Virus record (IMG/VR): IMGVR_UViG_3300021185_003430
Length of the DNA: 64,000 nucleotides
Reading direction: 5' to 3' (one strand)
Source: an uncultured virus (IMG/VR IMGVR_UViG_3300021185_003430)
Taxonomy: Duplodnaviria > Heunggongvirae > Uroviricota > Caudoviricetes
Part shown: positions 28,220 to 37,946 of the stretch, piece by piece
How the letters are laid out: each line of letters begins with the position of its first letter
Numbering within the stretch: the stretch's first letter is position 1
Notes under the pieces: model-generated
Told to the model about the DNA's origin: nothing
What the model saw: the letters and a program-made list of their open reading frames with translations, nothing else
The model's database searches: none
Made by a program: the position numbers and the translations under genes

Positions 28220-29262
28220 TCTTCAGGGTTCCAACGTAATCTAATATTTTTGTAATTTAAGTAGTTTTTGTTTTGTGTATAATCCCACAAAACAGATTCT
28301 GCTTCTGTAATAGCAGAATATGTATCTTTGCAAAACACTGCATCAGCTACATCTTTTATATTATCATCTGTAATTAAATGATAATGCTCTACATTTTTAT
28401 TTGGTTCTAATGTATATTGTCCAGTATAATCTTGGCACACATCATTTCTGTCATCTAAATCTGCAGGAAAATATCCACTTAACATTACAACCACACGACT
28501 ATGATTTTGTACGGCAAAGTTGAGAACTGGTCTTATGGTACTAGGATCTCTCCACCTAATATGATATATATTTTTTGCTCCCATATTTGCAATCCAACTT
28601 TCAGTCAAATTACCCATACGCAATCCTAGCTTTGCATAATGACTATCCCTGTGATGTCCATTGAAAATAACATACGCTGTATCGCTCTTAGAACTAGGCT
28701 GAGCTACTGTCTTATGTTTGCGCTTACCTACTCTAAATAAAATACTACGCTTTTCACTATGCAGATCTGGCACATCATGCCAGCTATAAGGTGTAGCTTC
28801 GAGGCTGTAAAATAAATTAGGATTGCATGGTACCCTTTTGTTTGGACTTGCATCTCTGTTAAGCAATCTTACACCTTGATCACTTTCGTCCATATAGATT
28901 TGATTTGTTATTAACCAACGAAAGTCTTTTAAATCGTTATGTATGCCCAAACTACTACCTGGCATATCGTAATGGCAGTTTACATAAAAGTGATCGTATT
29001 TTTTATCTTCGCCAAATGCTGCATTTATAATTTCAGGAATAATATTTTGCTCAACATATTCTGTAAGAATTGGATCTTTTCCTTGATCCAAAGGCGCACT
29101 AAACGTACCATCTAATGCCGCTTCATATTCACTACATTCAGGATTACTACAATATTCTTTAATATATTCTCCAGGATAGTCATTAATATATTGATCGGAA
29201 AAATTATCTGGAAGTTTATTTTCCTGTAATCGATACTCAAAAGGCTCTGTAGTTAACTTCAT
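28216..29262 (-). CDS. Fe(II)/2OG oxygenase-like protein with C-terminal extension
   Basis: LGIHND (HxD), SWHDV, KRSILF; start 29262 by ATGA overlap. Confidence 0.6.
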   Translation of the reverse strand: MKLTTEPFEYRLQENKLPDNFSDQYINDYPGEYIKEYCSNPECSEYEAALDGTFSAPLDQGKDPILTEYVEQNIIPEIINAAFGEDKKYDHFYVNCHYDMPGSSLGIHNDLKDFRWLITNQIYMDESDQGVRLLNRDASPNKRVPCNPNLFYSLEATPYSWHDVPDLHSEKRSILFRVGKRKHKTVAQPSSKSDTAYVIFNGHHRDSHYAKLGLRMGNLTESWIANMGAKNIYHIRWRDPSTIRPVLNFAVQNHSRVVVMLSGYFPADLDDRNDVCQDYTGQYTLEPNKNVEHYHLITDDNIKDVADAVFCKDTYSAITEAESVLWDYTQNKNYLNYKNIRLRWNPED

Positions 29263-30095
29263 TTTAAATTTGCAATTCTTTCTTTCATACATAGGTCTGG
29301 ATATATTAAACTACTATCCATTATGTCTGCTTCAAAGCATTGTAATTTTGTACCAAAAACAATCTGATGTGTTATCCACTGTGCATTGAAAAACCAAATG
29401 TCACCTGGATCAAAAGTAATATAGTGTAATGGATGGTGAAACTGATCCCACATTTTATCATTCCATACACAACGATTTCTCATTTCAGTAATAAATGTAT
29501 GTATGTTATTTTTATCAAGTTCTTGTAGATTAAACTCGTCCTTATACTTGTACCACATTTGTTCTAAGTCTGGACCAAATGTTAATACACGTGGGCGTTT
29601 TTTATCCAAATTAACAAACATACGTATTTGTTGTTCTGCGCCAGTGTGTTGTTCGTCTAGTTCATCCAAATGTAGTTTGTTTTCTACCAATGTATTGTAT
29701 CTATGACTAAGCATACGTTCACTTGTATTATATTTGGGGAATATCATATCGAATATTTCGTTCCAGCCATTATTAGACTGTTTATGTTTTTTATGAAATT
29801 TGTCTATTTTATCTTCACTCCAGCCACGTTCCTCACGTAGCCTATCACGTTTTTTAATATGGCTATTGTACCAAGGCATAATCCATTTATTATCCTTAAT
29901 AGTCCAGTCTGGTAAATTGTCGTAATAATCATAGTCTAAATTAGGTATAGTTAAATTTTTAATAACTACTGGCCATCCGCTCTCAAAACACTTGTATATT
30001 TCATCAGATTGTGTTATACTATTGATATCATTTGCATCAAAAACATGTACAGTAAATTCTTGAGCGGCATTGGTGTCTAGTGCAATTCTAGTCAT
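29259..30095 (-). CDS. KdoO (Kdo hydroxylase)-like dioxygenase
   Basis: LHLD, IRMFVNL..PRV, FDPGDIWF, ITHQIVFG resemble KdoO motifs. Confidence 0.6.
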   Translation of the reverse strand: MTRIALDTNAAQEFTVHVFDANDINSITQSDEIYKCFESGWPVVIKNLTIPNLDYDYYDNLPDWTIKDNKWIMPWYNSHIKKRDRLREERGWSEDKIDKFHKKHKQSNNGWNEIFDMIFPKYNTSERMLSHRYNTLVENKLHLDELDEQHTGAEQQIRMFVNLDKKRPRVLTFGPDLEQMWYKYKDEFNLQELDKNNIHTFITEMRNRCVWNDKMWDQFHHPLHYITFDPGDIWFFNAQWITHQIVFGTKLQCFEADIMDSSLIYPDLCMKERIANLK

Positions 30096-30114
30096 TTCTG
30101 CTCCATTAAATATG

Positions 30115-30130
30115 TATAAATATATTTATC
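30115..30130. promoter_or_regulatory. Divergent late-type promoter pair
   Basis: TATAAATATATTTATC: TATAAATA on + and GATAAATA on -, between divergent genes. Confidence 0.65.
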
Positions 30131-30152
30131 GACAATAAAATTGAGGTATTTC

Positions 30153-31217
30153 ATGAAATCAGTAAACGCATGGAGCGAGTTTCAACCGTTAAAACGGGTT
30201 GTGCTTGGTGCTCCATTTCCGCCAGAAACTTTTGACTGGCATAAAGATCAAGAGACAAGAGACGTAATGCGTCAAATCTTCGAAGAGACAGCAGAAGATA
30301 TTGACATCTTAGCAAAGCTATTGGAAGATAGAGGCATTGAAGTAGTACGTCCAAAAAATATTTTTACAATTACAGGACAAGAACAGATCCAATTACCTTG
30401 GATGAGTTGTGGTTTTCCTAACCATCCATTAATGCCACGTGATACACTTATGCCTTATGGACATACAATCTTTGAATGTTTTACAGGAGGCGATAATAGA
30501 TACTTTGAAAATCTTGCCTATTATGATCATTGTGTAGAGTGGTTTAAACAAGGTGCAGATTGGGTAAGTATGCCAGGTGCAATGGTAGACAATAGTACAT
30601 ATGAACAGTACAGTGCTAATCAGCGTGTGTTGTATCATGCGGCTAATATGATTAAATGCGGAGATACTGTATTGTTTAGCCAGACATGGGAAGAAGATAA
30701 TAAAAAAGGTAAAGGCACATTACTAGGTAAAGAGTGGATGAAAAGACAAATCAGCCAAAGATATCCTGGTACTAAATTTCTTAATGTTCCAGTAGGTGGA
30801 CATGTAGATGGAAAAATTGCATTACTACGTCCTGGCGTATTAATGACTTGGAACAAAAAATGGGTTCCAGAAGAAATGAAGCATTGGGATATTATTGAAG
30901 TAGATGATGACCACGAGATGCCAGAAGATTTTCTTAATACTCGCAAGCGCCGTTTTTATAAAGAATATGTTGAAAAATGGCTAGGGCATTGGGTAGGCTA
31001 CGCAGATGAAAGTGTATTTGATGTTAACGTGTTATCACTAGACGAGAATACAGTTATCTGTACTGGACGTAATGATGAAGCTTTCCGCAGAATGGAAGCA
31101 CATGGTATTGAGCCTATTGTGTGGAGATTCCGTCATCAGTATTTTTGGGATGGTGGTATTCACTGTTTAACAAGTGACATTCAACGAGAAGGTGATTGTG
31201 AAAGGTACATTGATTAA
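30153..31217 (+). CDS. Amidinotransferase (glycine/inosamine-phosphate amidinotransferase family)
   Basis: VNAWSEFQPLKRVVLG, PRD, HVDG, C-terminal GGIHCLTSDIQREG with catalytic Cys. Confidence 0.85.
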   Translation: MKSVNAWSEFQPLKRVVLGAPFPPETFDWHKDQETRDVMRQIFEETAEDIDILAKLLEDRGIEVVRPKNIFTITGQEQIQLPWMSCGFPNHPLMPRDTLMPYGHTIFECFTGGDNRYFENLAYYDHCVEWFKQGADWVSMPGAMVDNSTYEQYSANQRVLYHAANMIKCGDTVLFSQTWEEDNKKGKGTLLGKEWMKRQISQRYPGTKFLNVPVGGHVDGKIALLRPGVLMTWNKKWVPEEMKHWDIIEVDDDHEMPEDFLNTRKRRFYKEYVEKWLGHWVGYADESVFDVNVLSLDENTVICTGRNDEAFRRMEAHGIEPIVWRFRHQYFWDGGIHCLTSDIQREGDCERYID

Positions 31218-31219
31218 CC

Positions 31220-32263
31220 ATGCAATGGGATGAAGTAATCTTAGAAATACAGATAGACATGACCACATATTGTAATGCGGCATGTTTAGCGTGTGCGAGA
31301 CATGATAGTGTTACTGGAGAATTACACAAAGGTCTACAGCTACAACATTTTGATAGACAACTTTGGAACAGATTATGTGAAAAAGACTTCAAAGAAATAG
31401 GAGTAAAAACATTATTTTTTAATGGTAATTGGGGCGATGCATGTATGCACCCAGATCTAGTACCTATGATAGAATATTGTTTAGAACACAATCCTGAAAT
31501 GTGTATCAAAATTAGTACTAATGGAAGCCTGAGAACTAAAAAATGGTGGACTGCTTTGGCAGAAGTTTTAAACTGGAGATGCAATGTTGTTTTTTGTATT
31601 GACGGTTTAGAGGATACACATAAACTATATAGATTAAAAACAAATTATAATAAAGTAGTTGAAAACATGCGAGCATTTAACGATGCAGGTGGATATGGCA
31701 TCTGGATGTTTACTGTGTTTGACCATAATATACACCAAATAGATGAAGCTGCAAAACTTGCAGAAGAATACGGATGTGCCGTGTTTAGAGCAAGAAAAAG
31801 TAATAGTAACGATATGGAAAACAGCAAGGGTGAAATTATTACTGCTGATTTGCCTATACCTGAACAACACAAAAAACGTAAAAAGTTTAAAGAAATTTGG
31901 TATGCAGTTGATAACGATATTATTAGAGGCTTTGACGAAGAGAGAAAGACAACACCATGTGTATTCTATAGAGAAGCTTCTGTGCAAATTGATCCTTTTG
32001 GAACATTGTGGCCTTGTTGTTGGGTAAGTTTAAATTCATTTGGTCATGACAAATTGGGCAAACCTAACGAAACAATACAATTAAGAGATACAACGCTGAG
32101 AGACAGACTCAATCTACAGCACAGATCAATGAAAGAAATCCTACAGGATCCTTGGTATAACAAAGAACTTGCAGGAGGAATAAAAAATAAGACTTGGAGT
32201 TTATGTAATGAACAATGCATAGGCCCACACGAAAGAAAGGAAAATGCTGATGTCGACTTTTGA
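31220..32263 (+). CDS. Radical SAM protein with C-terminal SPASM/twitch domain
   Basis: CNAACLAC; GNWGD; IDG; QIDPFGTLWPCC..CNEQC. Confidence 0.9.
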   Translation: MQWDEVILEIQIDMTTYCNAACLACARHDSVTGELHKGLQLQHFDRQLWNRLCEKDFKEIGVKTLFFNGNWGDACMHPDLVPMIEYCLEHNPEMCIKISTNGSLRTKKWWTALAEVLNWRCNVVFCIDGLEDTHKLYRLKTNYNKVVENMRAFNDAGGYGIWMFTVFDHNIHQIDEAAKLAEEYGCAVFRARKSNSNDMENSKGEIITADLPIPEQHKKRKKFKEIWYAVDNDIIRGFDEERKTTPCVFYREASVQIDPFGTLWPCCWVSLNSFGHDKLGKPNETIQLRDTTLRDRLNLQHRSMKEILQDPWYNKELAGGIKNKTWSLCNEQCIGPHERKENADVDF

Positions 32264-33311
32264 ATGGATGGATTGGGCTAGGGTAGTTAACAATTTACAA
32301 GTTGATATTACTAGCTTCTGTAATGCAAGATGTGGAGCATGTGTACGTAATGTTGATGGTGATATGGTTAAGCCAGAAATACCAATGGAACATTTTGACA
32401 TGGATGTATGGAATAGACTTGTAATAGATGATACTCGAGGATGGTTTATTATTGAACTTACATTAAATGGTAATTGGGGAGATCCAATGATGCATCCTAA
32501 TTTAGTTGAAATGTTACAAACATATTGCCGCTATCATCCAGAAACTGCACTTTATATACACACAAATGGCAGTATGCGTACCAAGAAGTTTTGGAATAAA
32601 CTAGGACAAGTTTGTAGAATGTTTAGTAACCACGCAGTAGTATTTGCTGTTGACGGATTAGAAGACACACATAGTATATATAGACGCAAAACAGATTTTA
32701 ATAAAATAATAGAAAACATAAATGCATTTGTAAGTGGTGGTGGTAGAGCTAAAGTTGTAATGACTTGTTTTGAACACAACAAACACCAAGTAAAAGATGT
32801 AGAGAAAATAGCATTTGACTCAGGGTGTATAGGATTTAATTTAAGACATACACATGGTGACAATTTAGAAATTAAGACTGTAGACGGAGATTATAAAATA
32901 CATGGACATTATGACATAGATGAATATGATGTTTTATGGGAAGATAGAAATGACAAACCTTTAAGTGATTTGCGAGATTATCATGATTATACGGATGTGA
33001 TTGATGACAAATTAGAAAACAAAGTAGATCATAAATGTCCTTGGTATACTGATAGAAAAATCCAAATTGATCCTTGGGCTACTGTTTGGCCTTGTTGCCA
33101 TACAAGTTTGTATGGAATAGATGTTGTTAACCATGATTTAGATCTAATGGTTAATGAAGATAGTTTTATGAGAGCAAGAAATGATAATAGTCTTAAAAAT
33201 CAAAGTTTGCCAGATTTACTAGCTGGCGGATGGTGGCGATCAGATTTAAATGATGCTATTGAACATGCAGAGTGGAAACAATGCAGAGATATATGTGGAA
33301 TATGTAAATGA
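32250..33311 (+). CDS. Radical SAM protein with C-terminal SPASM/twitch domain
   Basis: CNARCGAC; GNWGDP; QIDPWATVWPCC..CRDICGIC. Confidence 0.9.
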   Translation: MSTFEWMDWARVVNNLQVDITSFCNARCGACVRNVDGDMVKPEIPMEHFDMDVWNRLVIDDTRGWFIIELTLNGNWGDPMMHPNLVEMLQTYCRYHPETALYIHTNGSMRTKKFWNKLGQVCRMFSNHAVVFAVDGLEDTHSIYRRKTDFNKIIENINAFVSGGGRAKVVMTCFEHNKHQVKDVEKIAFDSGCIGFNLRHTHGDNLEIKTVDGDYKIHGHYDIDEYDVLWEDRNDKPLSDLRDYHDYTDVIDDKLENKVDHKCPWYTDRKIQIDPWATVWPCCHTSLYGIDVVNHDLDLMVNEDSFMRARNDNSLKNQSLPDLLAGGWWRSDLNDAIEHAEWKQCRDICGICK

Positions 33312-34603
33312 GTAAAGCAAAAAAAGAATACAGAAATAAGTTCTTAGATGATACAAAGTATCCAACATGTTTAGCACCATGGCATGCGATTACAATTAAA
33401 TGGGGAGGTGCAGTTGTGCCTGATATCATTTATAAACAAAAGCTAGGTAATATAAACGACCAAACTTTAAAAGAAATTTGGTACGGAAAAAAAGCAAAAG
33501 AACTTCGTAAGATGCATAGGTCCAGAGACGTTCCAGAGTATTGCATTGGATGTCAAAAGAAAGAACAAAGTGGACGCAGTAGACGTATGTTCTTCTGGGA
33601 TAAAATGGATTATGATTTACGTATAGAAAGCGAATGGCATGATTGGGATATGGAACCAGATATTAGATATCTAGACTTTACGCTCAGTAACAAATGCAAT
33701 CTAGCATGTATCCACTGTGGGCCATTTGTGTCAACAGGTTGGAGTAAACTAGGCAAAAAACTTAATAAAGAAATGCCTGAATATTGGACTGAGCAACAAA
33801 TTGGATACAATGGTGTTGATGATTTTACTTTTATGGATAACTTATTTGCTAATCCAGAATATTTCCGTAACTTAGAAACTGTAGCATTGAGAGGCGGGGA
33901 GCCTCTTTATGATGAACATTGTTATAATGTTCTTAAATGGTTTGTAGATAATGACATTGCAAGCAAGGTAAGTTTGGATATTAGTACTAATGCTACAGTA
34001 GTAGAGCAAAAGTTTTTAGATATTTTTGCAGAGTTTAAGCATGTAGAATTATTAATAAGCATCGAAGCAACTGATGAATTATACAGTGTAATAAGAGGCG
34101 GCAAGAATTTTACTTGGGAAGATTTAAATAAAAACGTAGACCAGTTTTATGCACTAGACAATGTAGAAGTTGTTTTTGCTGTTACAGTAATGACTACAAA
34201 TGTGTTTAACTTAGATAAGATTTGGGAATGGTTTGCGAAATATCATAGGAAAAAGGCAAGTATAGCGATGACAAACGTAGTTGTATCGCCTGCTTATCTT
34301 AATATTGCACATTTACCTGACGAGCTAAAACAAATAGCAATAGAAAAAATTAAAGATATACCTACAAGTACAATTTGGCCGCTTAATAGTGTGCATTCAG
34401 ATGTATTTGAATATCAAACAGGTATAGCGGATATAAGAAAAGGTCTACAACGAGAAGTAGAAGAAAAAGAACAAAAACGTTGGTGGCAGCGTTACTTACA
34501 GTATACAGCTGACCTTGATAGACTAAATGGCACAGATACATTTAGCCTAGTAGAGGAATTATCACCATATAGGGAGTTAATAGATGGCAAAGAAACCGCC
34601 TAA
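33308..34603 (+). CDS. N-terminal twitch-domain radical SAM protein
   Basis: CLAPW (twitch CC replaced by PD), CIGC; CNLACIHC; GGEP. Confidence 0.9.
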   Translation: MSKAKKEYRNKFLDDTKYPTCLAPWHAITIKWGGAVVPDIIYKQKLGNINDQTLKEIWYGKKAKELRKMHRSRDVPEYCIGCQKKEQSGRSRRMFFWDKMDYDLRIESEWHDWDMEPDIRYLDFTLSNKCNLACIHCGPFVSTGWSKLGKKLNKEMPEYWTEQQIGYNGVDDFTFMDNLFANPEYFRNLETVALRGGEPLYDEHCYNVLKWFVDNDIASKVSLDISTNATVVEQKFLDIFAEFKHVELLISIEATDELYSVIRGGKNFTWEDLNKNVDQFYALDNVEVVFAVTVMTTNVFNLDKIWEWFAKYHRKKASIAMTNVVVSPAYLNIAHLPDELKQIAIEKIKDIPTSTIWPLNSVHSDVFEYQTGIADIRKGLQREVEEKEQKRWWQRYLQYTADLDRLNGTDTFSLVEELSPYRELIDGKETA

Positions 34604-35519
34604 AAATCAAACAATTAAAAACAGTGATTTTGCAAATCACGGCAACAGTATTTGGAACCAACCTTTCTTTGATAAATTAGAAGAAGGATTTTTTCGTAAT
34701 ATAGATATTTCTGAGATCAGCGATGCAAGTCAGAAATTTTTAAATGTCTATCCAGAGTGGATTAGTAGCAGTAAGATGAATAAATTTACAGGAATGGAAA
34801 AGTTTCCTTACAAATTTGTTAGCTTAGGTACAACACAAGGCCTGGATTGGTGGCATTATTACTGTATGGCAAATGGTCTCAATTTGCGTATGTATAGAGG
34901 AGAATATCCTTATAATAGAGATGTACTACTGGAAGAAGAATGGCGTAATAAAAGATATGTAGATGATAATCCATTACAAAAGGGAGATGCTCTTATTATT
35001 AGTTTGCCATTTAGTGGTACAGGCGGCAAGCATGATGAGTGGGATAACATGATGGAAACCTGCAATAGTTTAAATATTCCTGTATTTGTAGACTGTGCAT
35101 GGTTTGGAACATGTCATGGACTTGAAGTAGATTTGGATCAACCATGTATTACAATGGCTGCATTTAGTACAACCAAGGGACTTAGCTGTGGCAATTGGCG
35201 CAGTGGTATTGTTTTTAGTAGGATAGACGAAGGTGCATTAAGTGTACAAACAGAATGGAATCACGGCATACATTTACATACAAGTATAGCTAATTTCTTG
35301 TTTGAGCATTTTACCCCAGACGCAGTACCTAAAAAATATAAAGATGCACACAATGCAGTTTGTGAACATTATGGGCTGACTCCAAGTAATACAGTACATA
35401 TTGCAACAGCACCTATGACAAAAGAGTGGGAAATGTTCCAACGAGATAGACAATACCATAGAGTTAATATCAGAGATGCAGTTAAACGTTATAAAAAATC
35501 AGGTACATTTAATGACTAA
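34584..35519 (+). CDS. PLP-dependent fold-type-I enzyme (aminotransferase-like)
   Basis: GTTQGLD, VFVDCAW, FSTTKG..WRSG (Schiff-base Lys and Arg). Confidence 0.65.
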   Translation: MAKKPPKNQTIKNSDFANHGNSIWNQPFFDKLEEGFFRNIDISEISDASQKFLNVYPEWISSSKMNKFTGMEKFPYKFVSLGTTQGLDWWHYYCMANGLNLRMYRGEYPYNRDVLLEEEWRNKRYVDDNPLQKGDALIISLPFSGTGGKHDEWDNMMETCNSLNIPVFVDCAWFGTCHGLEVDLDQPCITMAAFSTTKGLSCGNWRSGIVFSRIDEGALSVQTEWNHGIHLHTSIANFLFEHFTPDAVPKKYKDAHNAVCEHYGLTPSNTVHIATAPMTKEWEMFQRDRQYHRVNIRDAVKRYKKSGTFND

Positions 35520-36726
35520 TTTACCTAAAAACGCATGTGTTTACCCATTTAAAGGTGCTATGCTTATGCATGGCTTACCTGCAACACCTTGTTGTCGTTT
35601 TCATCATAGATTTTTAGATGACAGCGACACAGAGTCTGTGGAAGCCTTTGGTGCAACATTTGCTGATATTAGAGAAACTATGTTAAAAAATGAATGGCAT
35701 CCTGGTTGCTACAAATGTAAAGCAGACGAGGAAACCAAAGGTAGTAGTATGCGAACTGAAGCAGATGAGTTCTTTGATGACTTTACTGATAGTACTGAAT
35801 TACAGTATCTAGAAATTACTGTGGGTAGATTATGTAACCTCAAATGTATGAGTTGTGGTCCTGAATTTAGTCATACTTGGGACGAGGACATTTTAAAACT
35901 TAAAATGGAAACACCTGACTATATTAAAAAATTAAAAGAGGTTCAAGAATTGGACCTTGATAATATTAATGTTGATATGCTCCAGGGTCTAAGACATATA
36001 AAAGTTACAGGCGGTGAGCCTTTTTTACATCGACAATTTTTAAGTTTCGTAGTACGTTTAGCTGAAGCTGGCATTGCACCACAAATACATTTGGAAATAT
36101 TTACTAATTGTACTTGGTGGCCAAAGAAAGCAGATTATGATGCACTACTGCAATTTAAAGAATTACGTATACGACCAAGTATTGACAGCATTGGACAATG
36201 TAATGATGTATTAAGATTTCCAAGTAAATGGGATAAAGTAGAAGGTGTTTTGGACCAATGGATAGATATGAGAACAAAATATCCAGAAAAAGTAAGTATT
36301 GCAACTGCAACAACAGTAGGAGCAATCAATGCTCCTTATATGTATGAGTTTATGTATTGGGCTAAAGTTGTGAAAGATATTGATGTAATACTACAAACTG
36401 TGTACGAGCCCAATTATATGAGTATACTACATTATCCTGATTGGTTTAAAGATAACTTAAGATATACTATTAATATGCAATTTAATGAAACTATAAAGCC
36501 AGGAAAAATACGACCTGCTCAAAAACTATTACAGCAACTAACAAAGCATAATGGTATGGAAGATAAAGCAATGGAGCATATTGATAAAATTAAAAGAGTA
36601 TTAAGGTTAAGAGGATTAACAATTAACGACTTGCCAAAATTTAAACAACTGTTGGAATTTAAAAGTCCTGGAGTAAATTGGGAACAAGGTAAAGAAATTA
36701 TTTGGAAAGAAGATAATCAGCTGTGA
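35512..36726 (+). CDS. N-terminal twitch-domain radical SAM protein
   Basis: CVYPF..TPCC..CYKC; CNLKCMSC; GGEP. Confidence 0.9.
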   Translation: MTNLPKNACVYPFKGAMLMHGLPATPCCRFHHRFLDDSDTESVEAFGATFADIRETMLKNEWHPGCYKCKADEETKGSSMRTEADEFFDDFTDSTELQYLEITVGRLCNLKCMSCGPEFSHTWDEDILKLKMETPDYIKKLKEVQELDLDNINVDMLQGLRHIKVTGGEPFLHRQFLSFVVRLAEAGIAPQIHLEIFTNCTWWPKKADYDALLQFKELRIRPSIDSIGQCNDVLRFPSKWDKVEGVLDQWIDMRTKYPEKVSIATATTVGAINAPYMYEFMYWAKVVKDIDVILQTVYEPNYMSILHYPDWFKDNLRYTINMQFNETIKPGKIRPAQKLLQQLTKHNGMEDKAMEHIDKIKRVLRLRGLTINDLPKFKQLLEFKSPGVNWEQGKEIIWKEDNQL

Positions 36727-37946
36727 TAGATAAAAGTAAATTAAAAAGTAGTAGTACATTTTGTATGCTTCCTTTTATGCACATTTATGGTAGTGCAGGA
36801 GGAAATATGGTTCCTTGCTGTGAAGCGCAAGAGACAGCTTTGAACAATCCTGGAGAGACTGCATTAGAGTCATGGAATAATGAGAACTATAAAGAATTAC
36901 GCAGAGCATTAGCTAATAGTGAAAGACCTGAAAGATGCAATGTATGTTGGCACAATGAAGACAGTGGTATTGTGAGTAATAGACTGCAATGGGAGAATGA
37001 CAATTGGGAAGAATTTAGTGATCTTATTAGTGTTAATGATGACTTTAGTGTAAACAACGATCCTATTTGGGTAGAACTTAAAGTAAGTAACTTCTGTAAC
37101 CTAAAGTGTATTATGTGTAGTACACACAGCTCTTATAAGCGTGTAGCAGACTTAGACATTATAAGCAAGTACACCAAGGATGGATATGAAACACGTCTAT
37201 TGCGTCCAACAGATTTGTTTGCAAGTTTAAATGAATGGCCTGATCTTTGGGATCATGTACATACTCTACAATTTACAGGTGGTGAACCTATTATTAACAA
37301 AGAGCATTACGACCTGTTGGAAGGTATTCCTGCAGAAGTTAAGTCAAAAATTAGACTACGATATGCAAGTAATCTAAGTTATATAAAATTTAAAAAATAT
37401 GACTTAGTAAAAATATGGTCACAGTTTAAACATGTTAACATAAAAGTAAGTATGGATGGAATCGGAGATGTATACAACTACATTAGACAGGATGGCGATT
37501 GGGATACAGTATATGAAAATATGTGTATATTGAATGATATTGACGGGATCGATCTTGCAGCAGGAATTACAGTACAGGCACACAATGTATATCAAATGCC
37601 TGAATTTTATGACTTCTGGAAAGAAAGTCCAGTAGACTTAAAATTTATTACTGCAAACATATTACAAACACCCAACTATCTAAGCCCAGCAGTATGGCAC
37701 GGAGAGTACAGAGAAAGTATAATAAGTACATTAAGAGAAGCAGAATCGAGACATCCTGAAATGGATAGGTTTGCAACGTATATGGAAAATAATACACAGC
37801 GGTATATGATATATGCCCGCATGAGAAAATATACAAGAGACATAGAAAACAGATATCCAAATGAAGCCACGCTAAAAAGTATGGTTAAAAATTATCTTGG
37901 AATTAAATTAGAAGGTATGGATATAGTAGCGGAGAATAATAAATGA
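36723..37946 (+). CDS. N-terminal twitch-domain radical SAM protein
   Basis: FCMLPF..VPCC..CNVC; CNLKCIMC; GGEP. Confidence 0.9.
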   Translation: MIDKSKLKSSSTFCMLPFMHIYGSAGGNMVPCCEAQETALNNPGETALESWNNENYKELRRALANSERPERCNVCWHNEDSGIVSNRLQWENDNWEEFSDLISVNDDFSVNNDPIWVELKVSNFCNLKCIMCSTHSSYKRVADLDIISKYTKDGYETRLLRPTDLFASLNEWPDLWDHVHTLQFTGGEPIINKEHYDLLEGIPAEVKSKIRLRYASNLSYIKFKKYDLVKIWSQFKHVNIKVSMDGIGDVYNYIRQDGDWDTVYENMCILNDIDGIDLAAGITVQAHNVYQMPEFYDFWKESPVDLKFITANILQTPNYLSPAVWHGEYRESIISTLREAESRHPEMDRFATYMENNTQRYMIYARMRKYTRDIENRYPNEATLKSMVKNYLGIKLEGMDIVAENNK

